A stretch of DNA of 64,000 bases from positions 1,024,001-1,088,000 of the forward strand of contig CAXXXD010000002.1 in NCBI GenBank assembly GCA_963663385.2, written 5' to 3'. Made by a program: the position numbers and the translations under genes. How positions within the stretch are numbered: position 1 is the first letter of the stretch; each line of letters starts with the position of its first letter. Shown here one piece after another: positions 28,481 through 38,435 of this stretch. Below the pieces are notes generated by a model that ran no database searches, was not told where the DNA came from, and saw only the letters and a program-made list of their open reading frames with translations. The stretch comes from Oceanispirochaeta sp. Its GTDB lineage: Bacteria > Spirochaetota > Spirochaetia > DSM-2461.

Positions 28481-30155
28481 AGCCTTATGGCAATTAATGC
28501 AGCAGGGAGCTTTTTTTTCGGTATTCTTACTAATTCTTCTCGTCTCAAACGGATTGGTCGTTTTTTTCTATCGGAGAAATACGGTAATTACTCTCCGTAC
28601 CGCTGCCATGCGGGTTCAGATGAAGCACCAGCAGCTTGAAGAACGTTCGGTAATGATGAAGATGATGCTTGACCATATTCCGGATCCCATTGTTTTCAGA
28701 GATCCTGATGGTGTCTATGCCTACTGTAATAAAGCGCTGGAACTATTATGGGGTATCAAGCGGGAAGAAATACTGGGAAATTCGCCGGAGAAGCTGTTTC
28801 CAATGGAATCGGATGAGATTAATCGTATTGATGCTGAAGTCCGCAAGGACGGACACAGTATAAAACGTACCAAATGGCTGACCGATAAAACAGGGAAAAA
28901 CCGCTACTTTGAAATCCTGCAAATGCCTTTTGACGGTTTTCCGGATAAAGGACCGGGGGTTCTGGTTTTTTTCAATGATATGACAAAAATAAAGGAAGAG
29001 CTGGCTTCCCTGAGTTTTTTTCATGATACATTGAAGAGGGACCTGCAGGAAAGGGCTCTCTTTTATTCCCAGTTCCTGAGAAAAGCGGTTCACCCTCTGG
29101 AATCGATTCAGAAAAATACGGATTATGTACTGGATCTTGTTCGCGATAATAATGAGGCGAGGAATTCTGTTCGTATTATTGCTGAGGCTGGTCAGCTGAT
29201 GGATTCGTATATCCGGAATCTGGCTTTTCTGGCTTTTCCCGACAAATCGGCTCTGGCCTCCCGTTTTACTGCCAGGGAGACGCTCTCGCTGGAGGACTGG
29301 CAGCATGAACTCAAAAATCGCTGCCAGGTGTTTTCCTTAAAGAGCGGCAAGCCTACATATATTCTCCTCTTCGGAGATGTTCCCGAGAATCTGAAGATCA
29401 ATTATTCCATACTGAATGATCTGCTGGACAGGCTGATTGAAAATGCCGAGCGGTTCAGCCGCGGCGGATTCTATATCATGATACGCATCTATCGGGTAGA
29501 GGAGGGGTATTACTCCATGAATATATCCATTCGGAATCCCGGCAGATGCATACCACAGGCCATGCGTGAAGAGATCTTCAAACCCTTTATTCAGTTGAAT
29601 CAGGAAGAAAACGGCCGTCATGCAGGACTGGGATTAACGGTGGCCAGGCAGCTGGCGGAAAAACTGGGAGGGAGTTTATCCTGTGATCCATCCTGCAGCG
29701 ACGGCGCCCGGTTTCTTCTCTCTCTGCCTCCCATGGCGGGGGATGGACCCGTTATAAGCGGGCATCGTCTTGAAGGGCATTGCCGTGAGTGGCCCTCTTC
29801 CGTTCTGATTGCTGATGATGACAAGGTTTTCAGGGAGCGTTTGGGTAGTCAGCTTAAAAATGCGGGACTGAAGGTCTTTCAGGCCGAGGATGGAAATGAA
29901 GCCAGAAGAATGGTTCTTTCCAGCAAGGCTGAATTACTGATGATCGACAGTAAAATGCCGGGTCTTAACGGCATGGAGGTTTTACAGAGCCTGCAGGATC
30001 AGATTGATTTTTCAAAGCAGGATGTGTATCTGCTTGTTTCCGGTTACAATCCGGAGTTTGAGTCCTGCCCGGGAGATCATGAAAGCCATATAAAAACCCT
30101 CGTAAAGCCCCTGGACTGGTCGCTTCTTATGGATATTCTTGTTATGAAAGGGTAG
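28458..30155 (+). CDS. Hybrid sensor: TM-PAS-degenerate HisKA/HATPase-receiver
   Basis: PAS (LDHIPDPIVFRDPDG...N), ENAERF, IFKPF, AGLGL; receiver ADDD...IDSKMP...KP. H-box atypical. Confidence 0.8.
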   Translation: MGMAAFLEALWQLMQQGAFFSVFLLILLVSNGLVVFFYRRNTVITLRTAAMRVQMKHQQLEERSVMMKMMLDHIPDPIVFRDPDGVYAYCNKALELLWGIKREEILGNSPEKLFPMESDEINRIDAEVRKDGHSIKRTKWLTDKTGKNRYFEILQMPFDGFPDKGPGVLVFFNDMTKIKEELASLSFFHDTLKRDLQERALFYSQFLRKAVHPLESIQKNTDYVLDLVRDNNEARNSVRIIAEAGQLMDSYIRNLAFLAFPDKSALASRFTARETLSLEDWQHELKNRCQVFSLKSGKPTYILLFGDVPENLKINYSILNDLLDRLIENAERFSRGGFYIMIRIYRVEEGYYSMNISIRNPGRCIPQAMREEIFKPFIQLNQEENGRHAGLGLTVARQLAEKLGGSLSCDPSCSDGARFLLSLPPMAGDGPVISGHRLEGHCREWPSSVLIADDDKVFRERLGSQLKNAGLKVFQAEDGNEARRMVLSSKAELLMIDSKMPGLNGMEVLQSLQDQIDFSKQDVYLLVSGYNPEFESCPGDHESHIKTLVKPLDWSLLMDILVMKG

Positions 30156-30165
30156 AAACTTTTTC

Positions 30166-30193
30166 TTGACAAACTATTAGTAATCATTATTAT
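30166..30193 (+). promoter_or_regulatory. perR promoter with overlapping Per/Fur-type box
   Basis: TTGACA (30166)-16-TATTAT; 7-1-7 palindrome TAGTAAT-C-ATTATTA at 30178-30192; ATG follows with no SD. Confidence 0.7.
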
Positions 30194-30200
30194 TATTAAT

Positions 30201-30590
30201 ATGGAAGAATTCAGAATGACATCCCAGAGGAAACTGATTCTGGAAGAATTGATGTACTCTAGGGAACATCCTTCGGCAGACAGTATCTATGTAAAGGTGA
30301 GAGAACATCTTCCCAATATCAGTTTAGGAACGGTATACAGAAATCTCGAAATCATGGCTAATCAGGGAATGATAATCAAAATTGAAACGCCCGACGGACA
30401 GAAGCGTTTTGATTATAATACAAAACCTCATCCCCATTTTCGGTGTGAAAAGTGCGGAAAAATAGAGGATATACCGCTGGACCTGCGTGCTCCCGAGCCT
30501 GATTTACAGGATCCCTGGGTAAAAGCCCGGAAGATCAGGTCATCTGCGCTCTATTATCAGGGGCTATGCCGGGATTGTGTGGAATCATAA
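30201..30590 (+). CDS. perR: Fur family peroxide-responsive repressor
   Basis: HPSAD, ISLGTVYRNL, HPHFRCEKC, CRDC; heads an oxidative-stress cluster. Confidence 0.8.
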   Translation: MEEFRMTSQRKLILEELMYSREHPSADSIYVKVREHLPNISLGTVYRNLEIMANQGMIIKIETPDGQKRFDYNTKPHPHFRCEKCGKIEDIPLDLRAPEPDLQDPWVKARKIRSSALYYQGLCRDCVES

Positions 30591-30716
30591 AGAATTTTAA
30601 GTGATCTCTTGATTTTGTATTCAGGAGGAATAATCTTTAATAGTGGTTCATGTTTACCGATTACAACTGGACAGACTCTGTATGAGCTGGAATAACTATG
30701 TTTAAGGAGAATATCT

Positions 30717-31292
30717 ATGGCTTCATTGAAGGGAACAAAAACGGAAAAAAACATCTTAACTGCCTTTTGCGGGGAATCCCAGGCACGGAACAGGTATACC
30801 TATTATATCAGTCAGGCAAAAAAAGACGGATTTGTACAGGTTGCTGATGTGTTTGAGGAGACTGCAAATCAGGAGAAGGAACACGCCAAAAGGCTTTTTA
30901 AACTTCTGGAAGGCGGAGAGGTGGAAATCTCCGGAAGTTTTCCCGCTGGTGTAATAGGGACTACTTCAGAAAATCTGGCGGAAGCGGCTGCCGGGGAGCA
31001 CCATGAATGGACTGTGATGTATCCGGAGTTTGCAGAAACAGCAAGAGAAGAGGGATTTCCTGATCTGGCTGTTATATTCGAATCGATAGCCATTGCAGAG
31101 AAACAGCATGAAAAACGCTACCTGGATCTTAAAGCGAATATCGATAACGGAACAGTCTTCAAAAAAGATAAACCCGTAGTATGGCGCTGCAGGAACTGCG
31201 GTTTCCTTTTTGAAGGGACTTCCGCTCCCCAGAAATGCCCGGCCTGTGATCATCCTCAGGCACACTTTGAGTTATTGGGTGAAAACTGGTAG
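30717..31292 (+). CDS. rbr: Rubrerythrin
   Basis: [24 protein letters not shown]...CPAC. Confidence 0.95.
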   Translation: MASLKGTKTEKNILTAFCGESQARNRYTYYISQAKKDGFVQVADVFEETANQEKEHAKRLFKLLEGGEVEISGSFPAGVIGTTSENLAEAAAGEHHEWTVMYPEFAETAREEGFPDLAVIFESIAIAEKQHEKRYLDLKANIDNGTVFKKDKPVVWRCRNCGFLFEGTSAPQKCPACDHPQAHFELLGENW

Positions 31293-31316
31293 AAATACAG
31301 CCTGTAGGAGGACATT

Positions 31317-31697
31317 ATGGGTGTTAAAAAGATTAATGAAGTATACAAGTGCGAACACTGCGGCAATATTGTAGAAGTTGTTACAGTGGGCGGAGCGGAA
31401 CTGGTTTGCTGCGGTGAGCCTATGAAACTGATGGAAGAGAAAACTGCTGATTCATCAACGGAAAAACATGTCCCTGTTATCGAGAAAACGGATACAGGTT
31501 ACAGGGTGACCGTAGGCAGTACCCTTCACCCAATGGTCGAAGATCACTGGATTCAGTGGATTGAACTCCTGGCGGACGGCAGAGTCTATAAGCAGTTTCT
31601 CAATCCCGGGGACCAGCCGGTTGCTGAATTTTGTGTTGATGCATCCGGTGTCACCGCAAGAGAGTACTGTAATAAACACGGCCTCTGGAAGGCCTGA
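31317..31697 (+). CDS. dfx: Desulfoferrodoxin (2Fe superoxide reductase)
   Basis: CEHCGN...[22 protein letters not shown]. Confidence 0.95.
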   Translation: MGVKKINEVYKCEHCGNIVEVVTVGGAELVCCGEPMKLMEEKTADSSTEKHVPVIEKTDTGYRVTVGSTLHPMVEDHWIQWIELLADGRVYKQFLNPGDQPVAEFCVDASGVTAREYCNKHGLWKA

Positions 31698-31783
31698 TTA
31701 TATTTGGTAGGATTTTCCTTGCGCTAAGGAAGTAATTATATGATAATTTTTATACCGCCCCTGCGGTATGGAGGTGTAATTTT

Positions 31784-31942
31784 ATGAAATACGTTTGTGA
31801 TGTTTGCGGCTATGTTTATGATCCTGCCGAAGGCGATCCCGATAACGGAGTTGCTCCGGGAACGGAATTCAAGGATCTTCCTGAAGATTGGGTCTGTCCT
31901 CTTTGCGGAGCGGAAAAATCTGATTTCTCTCCCAATGATTAA
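31784..31942 (+). CDS. Rubredoxin (52 aa, absent from the ORF track)
   Basis: [59 protein letters not shown]. Confidence 0.95.
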   Translation: MKYVCDVCGYVYDPAEGDPDNGVAPGTEFKDLPEDWVCPLCGAEKSDFSPND

Positions 31943-31965
31943 TGACCTGTCAATTTGTTAATTAC

Positions 31966-31994
31966 AGGGCTGCCCAGGGGGCAGCCCTTTTTTC
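31966..31994 (+). terminator. Rho-independent terminator
   Basis: AGGGCTGCC...GGCAGCCCT followed by a T-run. Confidence 0.85.
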
Positions 31995-31996
31995 TT

Positions 31997-33064
31997 CTAG
32001 GATTCCTGCAGGCTCTTCTGGGCATTGAAACGCAGCATGTGATCCATCAGGACCAGAGCTGCCATGGATTCCATTACAGGAATAATCCTGGGGCAGATAA
32101 TCGGGTCATGCCGGCCTTCGGTTTTTATCTCTGTCTCCTTTCCTTTTAGATCAACCGTATATTGAAGGGCCGATATGGAGGCTGTCGGTTTCACAGCTGC
32201 CCGGAATAAAATTTCCTGGCCTGTTGAAATCCCGCCGGTGATGCCTCCGGCATGGTTGCTTACAAAACCGTCGGCGTTCATGGGGTCATTATGTTCAGAT
32301 CCCTTCATATCCGCACAGGCGAATCCATCGCCCACTTCAAAACCCTTTACTGCGCCTATGGAGAGGATCCCTTTGCCCAGGTCCGCTTCCAGTTTATCAA
32401 AAACAGGCTCTCCCCATCCGGCAGGCACGCCGCTGATACGGCATTCGATTATGCCACCGGCGCTGTCTCCCTGCTCAATCAGTTTTTCGACAACCTTTGT
32501 CATGGCTATTGCCGCATCAGGATCGCAGGCACGCATAGGATTGGACTCAATCTGTTCCGGTACATACTTTTTACACCGTATACCCGCCGCTGCCAGTGTA
32601 TAGGCCTGTATGGTAATACCCTGTTCCTTCAGAATTTTTTTTGCCAGAGCGCCGGCTGCCACCCGACCTGCCGTTTCCCGGCCGGAGGCTCGTCCGCTCC
32701 CGCGCCAGTCCCGTATTCCATACTTCTGCTGATAGGTATAATCCGCGTGTCCGGGACGGTATTTATCATTGACACTGTTATAATCGCTTGAGATGGTATT
32801 GGTGTTGTGAAGCATCATCATGATGGGAACCCCTGTGGTTTTCCCTTCAAAAACCCCGCTCATTATGGTAACCCTGTCGCTCTCCTTCCGGGGGGTTGTC
32901 ATGTCTGACTGTCCCGGTTTGCGGCGGTCCATTTCCGGCTGAATATCCTCTTCGCTCAGGGGGATCCCCGAGGGGACTCCATCTATGATGACTCCTACTC
33001 CGGGGCCATGGGATTCGCCGAATGTGGTAATTCTGAATGCTGTCCCGAATGTGTTTCCTGCCAT
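31997..33064 (-). CDS. aroC: Chorismate synthase
   Basis: [29 protein letters not shown]; start MAGNTFG. Confidence 0.97.
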   Translation of the reverse strand: MAGNTFGTAFRITTFGESHGPGVGVIIDGVPSGIPLSEEDIQPEMDRRKPGQSDMTTPRKESDRVTIMSGVFEGKTTGVPIMMMLHNTNTISSDYNSVNDKYRPGHADYTYQQKYGIRDWRGSGRASGRETAGRVAAGALAKKILKEQGITIQAYTLAAAGIRCKKYVPEQIESNPMRACDPDAAIAMTKVVEKLIEQGDSAGGIIECRISGVPAGWGEPVFDKLEADLGKGILSIGAVKGFEVGDGFACADMKGSEHNDPMNADGFVSNHAGGITGGISTGQEILFRAAVKPTASISALQYTVDLKGKETEIKTEGRHDPIICPRIIPVMESMAALVLMDHMLRFNAQKSLQES

Positions 33065-33065
33065 A

Positions 33066-33620
33066 TTAATCTCCTGTTTCAACAAAAGTCCGGGTATAGT
33101 TCCGGATCTCCCTGTCCAGTTTGTGGACTGCTTCCTCCAGGGATAATCCCCTGCAGGAAATGATTATATTACAGTACCGCCTGATTGTGGCGCTTCTGAT
33201 CTCATACATTTCATGAAAAGTTTCACGAGGATTATCCGTTTCAAGAAAGGGAGGAAGCCCCTTCCGGAGGATTCTTTCATAAAGAACATCCTCATCGTCC
33301 TCTATCCCGCAGAGGATAACCGAAGCCTTTTCCAGCAAGGATCTTGCTTCCTCATTCTCCAGGGTGGCGCCTCCAAGCGCCAGGCAGCTGAAGATGCTGT
33401 CTTCGCGGGCCAGGTAATCCTGTAAAGCCGAGACTTCCATCTCCCTGAAAGCTTTTTGACCCTTCTCCCTGTACCACTGCCGGACTGTATAACCCCGGGG
33501 GAGTTTTTCTGTAATCAGGTCATCCAGGTCTCTGAAGGAACCCCCACGGGCGTCGCACAGAAGCCTTCCCTTAGTTGTTTTTCCAGTGTGTTTTACACCG
33601 GCCAAAGCGATTCTTTGCAT
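33066..33620 (-). CDS. aroK: Shikimate kinase
   Basis: GVKHTGKTT, DLD, FREME, ALGG; adjacent to aroC. Confidence 0.85.
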   Translation of the reverse strand: MQRIALAGVKHTGKTTKGRLLCDARGGSFRDLDDLITEKLPRGYTVRQWYREKGQKAFREMEVSALQDYLAREDSIFSCLALGGATLENEEARSLLEKASVILCGIEDDEDVLYERILRKGLPPFLETDNPRETFHEMYEIRSATIRRYCNIIISCRGLSLEEAVHKLDREIRNYTRTFVETGD

Positions 33621-33737
33621 AAGAGCATTTTTTCAGACCCGAAGAATTATGGCAAGCCCCTCTAAATGACTTTGGAAAAAAGCCGATATTCTTATTATAC
33701 AGGGCGGATACTATCAGCCCGGATCAAGGAGTTCAAA

Positions 33738-33932
33738 ATGAAAGCATACAAAATCAAGGGTACCAGGGAAAGAACCGAGATTCTTGAAATCCTGCGTGAG
33801 AAACCCGAAGGGTATCAGGTAAAGATTACCAGAGACAGAAGCGGATGGCTGGAAGAAAAAAACGAATTCATGACCCGTGAACTTTTTGAAACATGTCTCC
33901 GAACAAGCTATCTTACAGAAGTTGCCCGCTGA
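33738..33932 (+). CDS. Small hypothetical protein (64 aa)
   Basis: SD AAGGAG before ATG 33738; followed by its own terminator. Confidence 0.7.
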   Translation: MKAYKIKGTRERTEILEILREKPEGYQVKITRDRSGWLEEKNEFMTRELFETCLRTSYLTEVAR

Positions 33933-33970
33933 TCAGATCATTTTAAAGAAAAGTAAAATTATATAAAGTT

Positions 33971-34000
33971 TAAAAGATCCGCTGCTATGCGGATCTTTTA
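33971..34000. terminator. Bidirectional terminator
   Basis: TAAAAGATCCGC-N6-GCGGATCTTTTA. Confidence 0.8.
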
Positions 34001-34027
34001 TTTGATAGTTAGATATCCGGCTTCCCG

Positions 34028-34092
34028 AACCCCACTCAATCTCCCCGAAGTCAATAATGATTCCCCTCCAATTGGAGGGGATAGGTGAGGTC
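34028..34092. repeat. BoxC-like palindromic repeat, type 1
   Basis: AACCCCACTCAATCTCCCCGAAG...CCCCTCCAATTGGAGGGGATAGGTGAGGTC; abuts the engB stop codon. Confidence 0.7.
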
Positions 34093-34703
34093 TATTCTTC
34101 AAAGCCCTCGCTGTACCAGAAGGAGAGGTGCTGTTTCAGTTCTTTAATCCCTTCTTTTTTTGTAGAAGACAGGGTCTGTATGCTCCACGGTACCGTCAGT
34201 CCTCTCAGTTTGTTATTCATATCCATCAGGGTCTTCTTTTTAATCCCGGCTTTTACTTTATCCGCTTTGCTCAGGATAAAGTGAATCTCTCTGTCTCCCC
34301 GGACAGCCAGTTCCACCATGGCTCTGTCCAGTTCTGTAAGGGGATGTCTGATATCCATCAGAAGGACAATCCCCTTCAGGCAGCGTCTGTTCAGTATGTA
34401 AAGGGTCATCTCCTGTTCCCAGCGTTTTTTCTCCCGTGGGGGGACTTTGGCATAACCGTAACCGGGCAGGTCGGCAATTCTCAGGCCCGGCTGAACTTCA
34501 AAGAGGTTTATATGCTGTGTTTTTCCCGGTTGTCCGCTGGTTTTGGCCAGACTTTTACGATTGACCAGTGCGTTAAGGGCGCTGGATTTCCCCGCATTGG
34601 AGCGGCCGGCAAAAGCAATTTCCATCCCCTCATCGGGAGGAAGGCTTTTAACGAAGGGGGCGCTTGTTGTAAAACGGGTATTATTAAAACTGATTTCTGC
34701 CAT
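34092..34703 (-). CDS. engB: Ribosome biogenesis GTPase YihA/YsxC
   Basis: GRSNAGKSS, PGKT, DLPGYG, SKADK. Confidence 0.95.
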   Translation of the reverse strand: MAEISFNNTRFTTSAPFVKSLPPDEGMEIAFAGRSNAGKSSALNALVNRKSLAKTSGQPGKTQHINLFEVQPGLRIADLPGYGYAKVPPREKKRWEQEMTLYILNRRCLKGIVLLMDIRHPLTELDRAMVELAVRGDREIHFILSKADKVKAGIKKKTLMDMNNKLRGLTVPWSIQTLSSTKKEGIKELKQHLSFWYSEGFEE

Positions 34704-34851
34704 AGTTTCTGTATGTTATAGATAAATCCTCATCCTTTAAAGCCCCGATCCGCTTCTGGTTGTAAAGAATCAGGCTAATTGTGAAAAAGGGGTAGTGAAA
34801 GAACTGCAAAAGTGTAGGAACTGCTTTCAAATTAGACTATTATAAAACTAT

Positions 34852-35919
34852 ATGAATACAAAGCTGATAACAGTGTTCCTGGGGTTACTTACGCTTATGG
34901 CGATGGGCGCCTGTCTGCATATCCTGCAGCCTCTCTTTCTTCCTCTTGTAATAGCCATCCTGCTCTCTTTTATTCTCTCCCCGCTGGTTAACCGTTTTAA
35001 CAGGAGAATTCCCCGGATACTGGCGGTTATTCTGGTCATTATTATTCTGATTGTCGGTCTTTATGCCATCGGCTGGTTTTTCTATACCAGTATTACCGCC
35101 TTTATTTCTGTTCTCGGTTATTATCAGGACCGTTTCAATATCATAATAAGGGAAATTATTTTCCGATATAATCTCCCGTCGGACCTTATGGAGGTCCTCC
35201 AGATTTCCAACGGCCTCCGTTCGGGAATCCTCAGCGTTTCCATATCTTTTGTCTCCTTTGCGGGGCAGCTCATTATCGTTGTATTTTTCGTGGTATTCAT
35301 GCTGCTGGAGAATCCTCTCTCCGAAAGGAAGATGAGGCTGGCCTTTAAGGGAAGGTCCGAGGACAGGCTGCGAAGGATTATAAAGAAAATCAACAGCCAG
35401 ATAACCCGCTACCTTTCGGTCAAACTGGGAATCAGCCTGGCTACGGGGCTCCTGGTGGGAACAACCCTCTACTTTATCGGACTGGATTTTTATCTGATGT
35501 GGGGCTTTCTGGCCATTCTGTTTAATTTTATACCTAATATCGGGTCAACCTTTATCATGGCCGCAACGATCCTGATGTCCTTTATACAGTTTTATCCGGA
35601 ATGGAATCCCATTCTGGCCACCTGTATTACCATGCCTGTTATCCAGATGGTTCTGGGAAACTTCCTGGATCCGAAACTTCAGGGAAATCAGCTGGATCTC
35701 AGCCCTGTGATTATTCTTGTATCCCTGGTTTTCTGGGGCTGGATATGGGGGATCGCCGGGATGTTTCTGGCCGTGCCTCTTACGGAAACAATCAAAATTA
35801 TCTGCGCCAATGTGGATGTACTCAAGCCTGTCAGCGTATTAATGAGCGCCGGCCGGGCACTGGAACCGGTTGAACCTGAAATACCGGAGAAAGAGAAGGA
35901 TACAGGAATTAATGGATAG
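34852..35919 (+). CDS. AI-2E family transporter
   Basis: NFIPNIG, GN..DP.LQG..LDLSP, FWGWIWGIAGMFLAVP. Confidence 0.92.
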   Translation: MNTKLITVFLGLLTLMAMGACLHILQPLFLPLVIAILLSFILSPLVNRFNRRIPRILAVILVIIILIVGLYAIGWFFYTSITAFISVLGYYQDRFNIIIREIIFRYNLPSDLMEVLQISNGLRSGILSVSISFVSFAGQLIIVVFFVVFMLLENPLSERKMRLAFKGRSEDRLRRIIKKINSQITRYLSVKLGISLATGLLVGTTLYFIGLDFYLMWGFLAILFNFIPNIGSTFIMAATILMSFIQFYPEWNPILATCITMPVIQMVLGNFLDPKLQGNQLDLSPVIILVSLVFWGWIWGIAGMFLAVPLTETIKIICANVDVLKPVSVLMSAGRALEPVEPEIPEKEKDTGING

Positions 35920-36295
35920 AATGAAAGCTGTCATATTTGAACCAATGAGAACATCGAAGAGATAACTGTTCCTGCCGTAAGCCGGAACCTTTTTCAGCAC
36001 AGGGTCTCTTCTGCTGAAGAGGGGAAGAGTAAACCTGCGCCGGATATCTTTCTGGAAACGGCAAAAAGGCTTGCTGTAAGGCCCGAACACTGTCCAGTGG
36101 TGGGTAAGATTACCTTTTGGTGTAGAAGCCGCCATAAGGGCAGGAATGGCCTGTGTGGCGATTCCTCAACCGATGGTGTACGATCCAAAAGGTGATCAGG
36201 CCTCAGCGGATATCTGTTTCCCCGGGGGAATGGCAGAATTCCGCTGTGATAAACTTATAGCAAAGCTTGGTAGAACTGTTCCCCTGCCTGTCTAG
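35912..36295 (+). pseudogene. Decayed HAD-family phosphatase
   Basis: Fragments MKAVIFE, KSKPAPDIFLETAKRL and GVEAAIRAGMACVAIP lie in shifted frames; cap domain deleted. Confidence 0.75.
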
Positions 36296-36366
36296 CTGAA
36301 CACATTCATACCCCTTATTGGGAAGTAATTTAATTCACATTTCCTTTGCAAAGGTAGTCAAATAGA

Positions 36367-36414
36367 GACTTTCTCCAGATTATACCCCTCCCTGTGGAGG
36401 GGAAAGGGGAGGTC
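36367..36414. repeat. BoxC-like palindromic repeat, type 1 (short)
   Basis: GACTTTCTCC...CCCCTCCCTGTGGAGGGGAAAGGGGAGGTC. Confidence 0.7.
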
Positions 36415-36440
36415 TTGAAGGCCGTCAAAAAACCATTTTC

Positions 36441-37076
36441 CTACTTGGCAAATATCCCGGTATTTTCGCTGGGGACCGCCTTTTCTCCGCCTTCATAGCG
36501 TACCAGATCAAAGGGTATCTCAATAATTCCCTCATCGCCGTTTGATGCTTTGGCCGGAAGGATGATGGATGATTCAGGTGATGCTTCATCTGATACGGGG
36601 ATCAGATAAACAATAAGCCCTTTGTAAGGTTTATCAGGGCTGACCGTAAATACAGCAGGCTTCAGGGTTTTATTAATGGTTATTTCCCGGTGGAGCATCT
36701 GGTTATCAGTTTCATGGTAGGGTTCCCAATCTTTTTTCAGTTTAAAGTCATTTGAGGCTCTGTACTGATTTGATCCAATATTAATAGCCATGGTCTTCTG
36801 GGAGAAACTAACTTCCGATTCTTCTGTTTCAATTTCCAGGTCAAAAACAAAAAAGAATCGACGGGGTAGTTTTCCTGGAAAATCTATAAAGGGATTATCC
36901 TCTTTACCATAGCGGTCTATTAAAGTGTTTCTGTCCAGTAGGGTCAGTTTTATGCTGATATCCGACACATGATGCTCTACAACCTGTAGTTCTGATTGAT
37001 AATCTACGGTTTGACAAGCTGTCAGTACAAGAACTGCCAGAGCAAGTAAAAGGGTAGGGTAAGTAAACCTCTGCAT
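36441..37076 (-). CDS. Hypothetical lipoprotein
   Basis: Lipobox LTAC; SD AGGAG. Confidence 0.75.
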   Translation of the reverse strand: MQRFTYPTLLLALAVLVLTACQTVDYQSELQVVEHHVSDISIKLTLLDRNTLIDRYGKEDNPFIDFPGKLPRRFFFVFDLEIETEESEVSFSQKTMAINIGSNQYRASNDFKLKKDWEPYHETDNQMLHREITINKTLKPAVFTVSPDKPYKGLIVYLIPVSDEASPESSIILPAKASNGDEGIIEIPFDLVRYEGGEKAVPSENTGIFAK

Positions 37077-37115
37077 GGTTTTACTCCTGTAATTTGAATG
37101 TAAGAGGATTATAAT

Positions 37116-37147
37116 AAAAAAACCCGTTCCTGAAAACAGGAACGGGT
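37116..37147 (-). terminator. Rho-independent terminator of the porin gene
   Basis: ACCCGTTCCTG-N4-CAGGAACGGGT with a U-tract on the minus strand. Confidence 0.85.
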
Positions 37148-37177
37148 ATATATTAAGTCAAGTTAATCTGAAATAGA

Positions 37178-38260
37178 TTAGAAAGAAGCACCAACTTTCA
37201 GGTAAACGTTACCTGATCTGTCAGCTCCGTCCATGTAACCGGCATCTTTTGCTTCGTTGTCAGATCCCAGAGTGTAACCAGCCTGGTAAGTTACATTGTC
37301 TACAACAGCTTTTGCACCAATTTCGTATCCCATGACGTCAGCCAGGTCGTCGTCGCCAGCGTCAGCAGGCATTTTGTAGGCAGCATTTACACTGAACATA
37401 TCGTTTACAGCGTAATCAACAGCAACAGCGATCCAAGTAGTTTCAGCCAGTTCAGCATCTTCGTAAGAAACAGTGTTTGTTCCGAGAGTTGCTGTCAGAG
37501 CGTCCATAACGTATTTTGCAGAAAGTCCGAAAGCAGAAACACTGTCGATGTCAGCATCTGTGCTCCATCCGCCCATTTCGTAACCAGCACCAACTGTCAG
37601 ACCGTCCATAACAGCAACTGCAGTGTTGAAACCGAGGCAGTATGCATCTTCAGCATCAGCGGGAACCATTGCAGAATAATCCCATGCAGAGTATGTGAAG
37701 TCTTTGAAGTAGTATACAGATACGTCAGCCATGTCAGCTACGTTACCGTAAGCATTTACACCAAATTTCTGATCTTCGTACATAGAAGCATCCAGAGTGA
37801 ACATATCGTTGCTCAGGCTAACTTTTGTCATGATGGAACCGGGGTTCAGTTCACCATCCAGATCGAAATCGCCGTAAGCCATATCGTTGTATTCTTTGGG
37901 GTCATGATCTTCAAGGCCGAAAGTTACAGAAACAGATACGGGAGCATCGAGGCCGAGGGCACCAGTGATGTCCTGAGTAATTTCAGCAGAGTTCATGGAA
38001 ACAGCTCTGCTACCAGAACCATCAGAAGTAACACCGTCAACATCTTCATACTCAGCTTCAAATTCAGCAGAAATAGAGGTGTAATCACCTACAGTTCCGC
38101 CAAGATCGATAACCATGTCATTAGTGTCAATAAATTCGTTGTAGTTGTCTGCATCGAATGTCCACTGGTAGTTTACTTCACCAGAAGCTGTCACTTCTGC
38201 AAAAACAGGGGCGGCCAGAATGGCCAGGACGATTGTCAGAATAACAAAGGTCTTTTTCAT
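37178..38260 (-). CDS. Major outer-membrane beta-barrel protein/porin
   Basis: Signal peptide MKKTF...VFA; alternating beta-strand pattern; C-terminal YLKVGASF; strong codon bias. Confidence 0.75.
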   Translation of the reverse strand: MKKTFVILTIVLAILAAPVFAEVTASGEVNYQWTFDADNYNEFIDTNDMVIDLGGTVGDYTSISAEFEAEYEDVDGVTSDGSGSRAVSMNSAEITQDITGALGLDAPVSVSVTFGLEDHDPKEYNDMAYGDFDLDGELNPGSIMTKVSLSNDMFTLDASMYEDQKFGVNAYGNVADMADVSVYYFKDFTYSAWDYSAMVPADAEDAYCLGFNTAVAVMDGLTVGAGYEMGGWSTDADIDSVSAFGLSAKYVMDALTATLGTNTVSYEDAELAETTWIAVAVDYAVNDMFSVNAAYKMPADAGDDDLADVMGYEIGAKAVVDNVTYQAGYTLGSDNEAKDAGYMDGADRSGNVYLKVGASF

Positions 38261-38326
38261 ATTACTTTCACTCCTACTTGTTTTCTTACAGAACATATGT
38301 CCTGCGTAATTTATACATTTAACTCG

Positions 38327-38381
38327 ATCTTAGGAGCCGTATTTGTTGATATTATGAAGCAAATGTGAAGAATGCGTGAAG
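38327..38381 (-). promoter_or_regulatory. Tandem OmpR/PhoB-type binding repeats plus -10 upstream of the porin
   Basis: TGAAG at 38355, 38366 and 38377 (11-bp period), degenerate copy at 38344; minus-strand -10 TAAGAT at 38327-38332. Confidence 0.6.
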
Positions 38382-38435
38382 CAATAAAAAAATAACCCAT
38401 TTCTAACAGGTATAAAGCTTGAAACAAAGGAGATT

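Noticed and set aside
30700..30716. rbr leader (TTAAGGAGAA) as a second target of the sRNA
   Set aside because: The match is limited to about 10 nt of generic SD context; not specific without computation.
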